Assembly (NCBI GenBank): GCA_000004695.1
Contig: CM000150.2
Coordinates: 352,001-416,000 of the forward strand
Source: Dictyostelium discoideum
Lineage: Eukaryota
DNA: 64,000 nucleotides
Direction: 5' to 3'
Shown: one piece after another, positions 58,342 through 64,000 of the stretch
Layout of the letters: the number at the start of each line of letters is the position of its first letter
How positions within the stretch are numbered: position 1 is the stretch's first letter
The notes under the pieces: generated by a model
Told to the model about the DNA's origin: nothing
What the model saw: the letters and a program-made list of their open reading frames with translations, nothing else
The model's database searches: none
Made by a program: the position numbers and the translations under genes

Positions 58342-59404
58342 TTTTTTTTATTATTTTTTATTTTTTATTTTATTTTATTTTTTAATATACATCGAAAATT
58401 GTTTGGTTCGAAATAAAATAAAAAAAAAAAAAAAAAAAAAAAGATTGCTCGTTTTTTTTTTTTTTTTTTTTTTTTATATGGAAATTAAAGCTTCAAATTA
58501 AGTACCTCAAACATACTTTGAAATAAAAAATAAAATACAAAACTTAAAATTTTTTTCTTTAAATTTTTAATTTTTAATTTTTAACCAAAAAAGCTCTTTT
58601 TTTTTTATTTTTTTTTTATTATCACAATAAATAAAATAAAAATAAAAATAGTAATAATCAATATAAAATTAATAGATTTTATTTTAAAATGAAATATTAA
58701 ACTATATATTAGTTTGAAAAAAGTGGTATAGTTTTATATCATTAACAATTTCAAATAATATAATTAATAATAAATATTATTTGAAAATTGGTTAAATAAG
58801 TAAATTGGTTTATAATAGAATTGTAATTAATGTTGGTGGAGGTGATAATGATGATTATAGTTTAACTATAGATTTAATTTTATTTAAAATACATACGAAT
58901 ATATATTAAATGAAAATTCAGAAATCATATCAAATTTATTTGATAAAATATTAGAATTAAATTATGATTATTTGCAAAGTAAGAATTATAATCCTCCAAA
59001 CCACCTTGAAAGTAATAATAAGAAATATACTGAAATAATGTTTTTTTTTTTGTAATTTTTACAGTGAGTGTTTATTTTTATTAACAAAATGTATATTATT
59101 TATTTGATTTTTAATTTTCTTTTTTTTTTTTTGTGGAATTCAACCCACGAACAATTACACTAAAAACTTAAAAAAAAAAGATATATTTTAATTAAAAAAA
59201 AGAATATTCCATTCCAATTAATGAAAATCCAAAAAAGAAATTTTCTCAATTTCAGATGAAGGAAAGAAGAAAAATTAATCAAAATTTTTCCAGGGTAATT
59301 TTTAAAATTAAGAAAAAATAAAAAAATATATGGATTTACACATAAAAAAGTATTATTATTATTATTATTTTTATATAACTTTAATTAAAATTAGAATAAA
59401 TAAA

Positions 59405-59476
<72 letters not shown>

Positions 59477-59511
59477 ATAATATTTGAAGTGTAAAACTGA
59501 TTCAATAATTT

Positions 59512-60435
59512 TTAAGGTAAAACTGATTCAATTAAATTTGAAATTGGTGTATTTTTAACTTTTGATAATAACCAAGAATTATAATAACGTTCAATATCAT
59601 CAATTAATCTTGGTTGTAATGGATAATAACCAATTAATAAATTTGATTTTGAAAATGAAAAATTTTGATTAAAAGTTAAAACTTCAGTGAAAACATTATC
59701 ATTTGATTTTGGAATATATTGAATTGTTTTATTTGAATTACCAGAGATGGAAGCAATTGAAGTCACAATATCTTTAATTTTTTCATTAAAAGAATTTGCA
59801 ATTAAAGTTTGACCTTTTAATAATAAAGCATTTTTAACAACCAATTGATAAAAATGAACAAGATCAAAGATATGAATGAAACCTTGAACTAAATTTTCAT
59901 CACCATAAATTTTAATAGAATCATTTGATTTGGTTGCAGCTTCAAAGAAATAACCACTAAATGATTGATTCTTTCCATAGAGAATGGTTGGTTGAATGAT
60001 GATTGCACCCATTTCATTATAGGTTTTTTCAATTTGAACTCTCCAATCAATAAATTTATGAGAGAAATAAGGAGAAGATTCATTTGATAGAGTTTTACAA
60101 TTACCATAAATTGTTGAACCAGATGTATAAATAAAGATTGTATTTGGTTTTTCTTTATGAACTTTTAATAAAGCATCTTGAACAATAAATGGTGTTGTAA
60201 AATCAACTAAATCTGCAATTGTATCAATAATAATATCAACTTTTAAAGCAATTGGTAACCATTTTTCAACTTGTTTTGCATCTGCAATAATTGGAATAAT
60301 TTCATTCTTTAATAATTGATTTGCACTTTCTTCTTTTCTAGTTAAACCGTAAACTTTATAACCATTTCTAACTAATCCTAATGAAATTTCTGATCCAATA
60401 AATCCACTTGAACCTAATATTAAAATTTTTATCAT
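59512..60435 (-). CDS. NAD(P)-dependent epimerase/dehydratase family (atypical SDR) protein
   Basis: 307-aa ORF with N-terminal Rossmann motif MIKILILGSSGFIGSEISLGL, then ...VYGLTRK...IIIDTIADL... consistent with the NAD-dependent epimerase/NmrA-like fold. A 27-bp direct duplication (gtaaaactgattcaat) sits at the 3' end (59491-59533). Confidence 0.65.
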   Translation of the reverse strand: MIKILILGSSGFIGSEISLGLVRNGYKVYGLTRKEESANQLLKNEIIPIIADAKQVEKWLPIALKVDIIIDTIADLVDFTTPFIVQDALLKVHKEKPNTIFIYTSGSTIYGNCKTLSNESSPYFSHKFIDWRVQIEKTYNEMGAIIIQPTILYGKNQSFSGYFFEAATKSNDSIKIYGDENLVQGFIHIFDLVHFYQLVVKNALLLKGQTLIANSFNEKIKDIVTSIASISGNSNKTIQYIPKSNDNVFTEVLTFNQNFSFSKSNLLIGYYPLQPRLIDDIERYYNSWLLSKVKNTPISNLIESVLP

Positions 60436-60548
60436 TTTTTTTTTTTAAAAAAATATTAAAATATATAATTAATTTTTTTTTTTAATTTATTTATTTATTT
60501 ATTTTTTGATTATAAATTTTTTTTTTTTTTATTTTATTATTTATACCA

Positions 60549-60579
<31 letters not shown>

Positions 60580-60659
60580 TAAAAAATAAAAAAAAAATAA
60601 TTAAATTTAAAATTATATAAAATAATAAAATAAAAGAATTAATTAAAAATTCCAATGGA

Positions 60660-61230
60660 AAAATGTCAATCAAATAAATTTTTCATATAAATTCCAATAT
60701 TATAAAAAAGGAAAAGAATTTTAAATAAAAATCTGTTTTTTTTCAAAATTCAAATATAATAAACATGTACAAAAATAAAATAATTTTAAGATATTATTCC
60801 AATGCTATTTTTAAAATTTTTTTATTTTTTTTTTTATTTTTTTTAAATTCCAAAAATAAAAAAAAGGAAAAGAATTATAAATAGCAACATGATGGTTTTT
60901 AAAATTTATTTTAAAATAATACGTAATATTTATTTTTAAAATAAATAAAAAATAAAATTAAAATCAAAAAAGGAAAAGAATTGTTTCCAATGGAGAAAAA
61001 AAAAAAAAAATTAAAAATAAATTAAAAAAAAAAAAAAGATATTTTTTGAGGTTGGAAAAAAAAAAAAAAAAAAAAAAAGATATTTTTTGAATGATTATTT
61101 TTTTTCAATCCAAATATTCAAAAAAAAAATGAAAAAAAAATAAAGAGAAATAATTTTATTTTTATTTTTATTTTTATTGTAAAAAAGAATTTATGTATAA
61201 TAAAAAAGATAAAAATAAAATTGGATATAG

Positions 61231-61267
<37 letters not shown>

Positions 61268-61460
61268 AACTTTTTAGAATGTAAAGTTTAAATTTTTTTT
61301 TTTTTTTTTTTTTAATTATTTGAGTTTTTTTTATTAAAATATCTTTTGATGACGATTTTTTTTTATGATATTTTATCAAAGTATTAAAAAGACTAATTTT
61401 TTAAATTAAAATATCTTTTGATGATAATTTTTCATATTTTCAATAATTTATGATAACTTT
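60660..61460. repeat. Cluster of short tandem duplications in the divergent promoter region between the epimerase gene and the Cys-rich gene
   Basis: Three copies of aaaaaaggaaaagaatt(t/a/g)t spaced ~130-145 bp (60706, 60853, 60970). gatattttttga occurs twice (61035, 61078). ttaaaatatcttttgatga(c/t)(g/a)atttttt occurs twice (61334, 61407). Confidence 0.5.
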
Positions 61461-61650
61461 TAAAAAGAAATTTCTTTTTTTTTTTTGTTTTAATTTTTTA
61501 AGTTTTTATTTTAAAACAAAAAAAAAAAAAAGTATAAATAAAAATTAAAAATAAAAAAAAAAATATCAAAATCTAAAAAACAATAACTATTAATTAAATA
61601 AACATATATATTATATATATAATAAATAAAAAAATAAAAAACAAAATAAA

Positions 61651-62280
61651 ATGAAAATTATTTATTCATTAATTTCAATAATTTTAATAATTTCAATTTG
61701 TAATGCAATTAAAATGAAAAATTCAAATAATGATGCAAAATCATTATGGATTAATTTCCTTCCATATGATGAAAATTGTGAAAAACCAGTTCCAGGTATG
61801 GGATTTGGTTCATTAGGAGCTGGACCTTGTTCACTCAATTATACTGCTGAAACATCAGGAAGTCAATGGACATTTTTCGTTGATGATGATACAACCTATG
61901 CAAATTTAACAACATTCCAAGATGAATATTGTAGTGTTCCAGGTCCAACCAAAGTATTTAAAGTTGGTCAATGTGCACAATATGATAATTTACAAAATAC
62001 CAATTATATGGTAACAGTAACAAAAGAACCACAAATTCCAAATGGAGTTTATTTAATTTATAATAAGGATGAATTTTGTCTAGCTTATCAAAATTATTGG
62101 TTTTATACCCCAGGAACTGAAATTAATAACTTTGATGGTAATCAAACTATGACTTTTTCTTGCAAACATGGTGTTGCTTATACAACTCAATGTGTTACTG
62201 AATCAAATTGTTTAACATTAAAGAGCTCAACAACTTGTGGTTTTTTAACTGGATATTATGCTGATATTTATTGCACTTAA
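61651..62280 (+). CDS. Small secreted cysteine-rich protein (209 aa), possibly related to the 57670..58341 gene
   Basis: Signal peptide MKIIYSLISIILIISICNA, 12 Cys, C-terminal ...YCT. It shares the G(F/V)(L/Y)(V/L)(Y/I)...D..C...Q.(Y/M)(S/T)F..C pattern with the other Cys-rich ORF. Confidence 0.55.
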   Translation: MKIIYSLISIILIISICNAIKMKNSNNDAKSLWINFLPYDENCEKPVPGMGFGSLGAGPCSLNYTAETSGSQWTFFVDDDTTYANLTTFQDEYCSVPGPTKVFKVGQCAQYDNLQNTNYMVTVTKEPQIPNGVYLIYNKDEFCLAYQNYWFYTPGTEINNFDGNQTMTFSCKHGVAYTTQCVTESNCLTLKSSTTCGFLTGYYADIYCT

Positions 62281-62525
62281 AAAAATAAAAAAAAAAAAAA
62301 AAAAAAATAAAAAAATTAATAATTATTTTTTTTGTTAACAATAAAAATAATAAAAAAAAAAAAAATATTTACCAAAATATATATATATATATATATATTT
62401 TTTTTAGTCTTTATTTATTTTTTTATTTTTTTATTTTTTTATTTTTTTATTTTTTTTTAATAATAATTATTTTTTTTTGGTTAATAAAAATTTCAAAAAC
62501 TGATATTATTTCTTAAATTTCTAAT

Positions 62526-62556
<31 letters not shown>

Positions 62557-62979
62557 CAAAGACAACATCACCAATCAAGATTAATATTTATTATTGGACC
62601 ACTCCAATTTTAAATCTGAATTTTTTACAATAAAAAAAAAAATAAAATAAAATAAAATAAAAAATTTTAAAATTTTAATAAATTAAATGTGTGGGAGATA
62701 AAGTTTTAAAAAATCTTTTTCTTCTTTTTTTTTTTTTTTTTTTTTGACAATTTACAAAAAAAACGGTAGGTTTTGAAAATCAATTTGAAGATTCATTTAT
62801 AAAAATAAAAAAAAAATTATTTTTAAAAAAAAAAAAAAAAAAAAAAATCTTTTTTTTTTTTTTTTTTTTTATTTTCTTTTTATTTTTTTTTAATTTTTAT
62901 TTTTTTTTATTTAAACCAAAGATCAAAAATTTTTTTTTTTTTTTTTTCATTAATTTAACAAATTTCAATAAATAAAAAA

Positions 62980-64000
62980 ATGACTAAACCAGTTGCTTCA
63001 TATGAATTAGATGAAAAAAGATTCCTTACATTATTAGGTAAATTAATTGGTGAAACTGAAAATCTCCAAAATAGACCACCAGCTTTAATTCCAATTGAAG
63101 ATAATGCAGGTCGTCATGTCATTGAAGTAATTATCAAAAAAAAAAAAATAAATAAATCAAAAAAAATTAAAAAAAAATCAAAAAAATTAAAAATAAATTA
63201 ACAAATATAATTTTTTTATTTTTTTTTTTTATTTTTATTTTTAATATTTCAAAAAAAAAAAAAAAAGGCTTTAACTCCATACTTAAAAGCAAATGGTGGT
63301 GTTTTAGAATTAGAACAAGTTCACTGTGATCCAGTAAACTATCCAAAAAGAGGTAACATTATTATTGAATACCCAGGTACCTCCAAAGGAACTAGTTCAC
63401 CAAAAACAATTTCATTTGTTGGTTCACATTTAGATGTAGTTCCAGCTGATAAAACTGCTTGGGATAGAAGTAAGTAAATATAATTTATAATTTTATAATT
63501 TATTATTCATTTATTAATTTTTTTTTTTTTTTTTTTAATTTAGATCCATTCCAATTAATTATTGAAGGTGATAAATTATATGGTAGAGGTACAACTGATT
63601 GTTTAGGACATGTTGCATTATTAACAGATTTATTTATTCAACTTGCAACTGAAAAACCAGCACTTAAACATTCAATTTTTGCAGTATTTATTGTAAGTGA
63701 AGAGAATGATGAAATTCCAGGTATTGGTGTCGATGCATTAGATCATAGTGGAAAGATGAATCCATGTAAGAATGGACCAGTTTATTGGGTAGATTCAGCA
63801 GATTCACAACCAACCATTGGTACTGGTGGTGCACAAACTTGGAATTTAACAGCTCATGGTAAGAATATGCATAGTGCTATGCCATATAGAACTGTAAACT
63901 CTGTAGAGTTGGTCAACGAAGCATTGGCTGAGATTCAACGTCGTTTCTACATTGACTTCAAACCACATCCAAAAGAAGCCGAATATAAATTCGATTGTTC
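62980..64000 (+). CDS. argE: Peptidase M20 family acetylornithine deacetylase (ArgE-like), 5' part. Exon 1 is 62980..63126; exon 2 is 63268..63469; exon 3 runs from 63544 past the window edge.
   Basis: MTKPVASYELDEKRFLTLLGKLIGETENLQNRPPALIPIEDNAGRHVIE|ALTPYLKANGGVLELEQVHCDPVNYPKRGNIIIEYPGTS...ISFVGSHLDVVPADKTAWDR|NPFQLIIEGDKLYGRGTTDCLGHVALLTDLF... The M20 metal-binding signature HLDVVPA...W..DPF and GRGTTDCKG-like motif are present. Donors are GTAATT and GTAAGT, with phases 0 then 1. Confidence 0.75.

Overview
This window is eukaryotic, not prokaryotic. It is about 78% AT, with long poly-A/T tracts, (ATT)n-encoded poly-Asn/Gln proteins, and short AT-rich introns bounded by GTAAGT-type donors and T-rich acceptors ending in AG. 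The ATG|GT start-codon introns, introns of roughly 100 nt and codon usage point to Dictyostelium discoideum (or a close dictyostelid) nuclear DNA. I found no CRISPR arrays, operons, rRNA or tRNA genes. I therefore reconstructed spliced gene models by hand from the ORF track plus splice signals. The track reports stop-to-stop ORFs and sometimes labels a non-ATG first codon as M, so several true starts lie inside or upstream of the listed ORFs. Coordinates are hand-counted and may be off by 1-2 nt; splice junctions are approximate.

About 30 protein-coding genes are supported. They are a kinesin-14 (partial at the 5' edge), a proline-rich RhoGAP, a secreted GPI-anchored glycosidase-like protein, Nop53/GLTSCR2, a secreted hypothetical protein, p22phox (cybA), a histidine-phosphatase (PGAM-like) protein, a PDRG1 prefoldin-like protein, a tandem pair of unknown paralogs, an SLC45/SUT-type MFS transporter, a MIT-domain protein, an RCC1-repeat protein, a PIP kinase, a GRAM-domain SNAP-25-like Qbc-SNARE, a bacterial-type FAD amine-oxidase-like oxidoreductase, prefoldin-2, an Hrq1/MrfA-type helicase with a C-terminal 4-Cys domain, a 1712-aa low-complexity repeat protein, two tandem 3-hydroxyisobutyryl-CoA-hydrolase-like genes, a 1.75-kb-aa signal-peptide/Cys-rich/multi-TM receptor-like protein, mitochondrial-type seryl-tRNA synthetase, FCF1, two small Cys-rich secreted proteins, an NAD-dependent epimerase-family protein, and an M20 acetylornithine-deacetylase-like gene (partial at the 3' edge).

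The hunt did not turn up a novel multi-gene system of the prokaryotic kind. The items most worth a second look are:
- an unusual GRAM+SNAP25 Qbc-SNARE architecture that contains a 700-bp island of GC-rich codons;
- a MITE-like 450-bp element with 21-bp terminal inverted repeats;
- tandem paralogs in which one copy carries a +1 frameshift in a T-run;
- a tandem HIBCH-like duplicate whose second copy has lost its ATG;
- a helicase 4-Cys domain split off by an intron;
- several intergenic hairpins, tandem duplications and G-box-like motifs.
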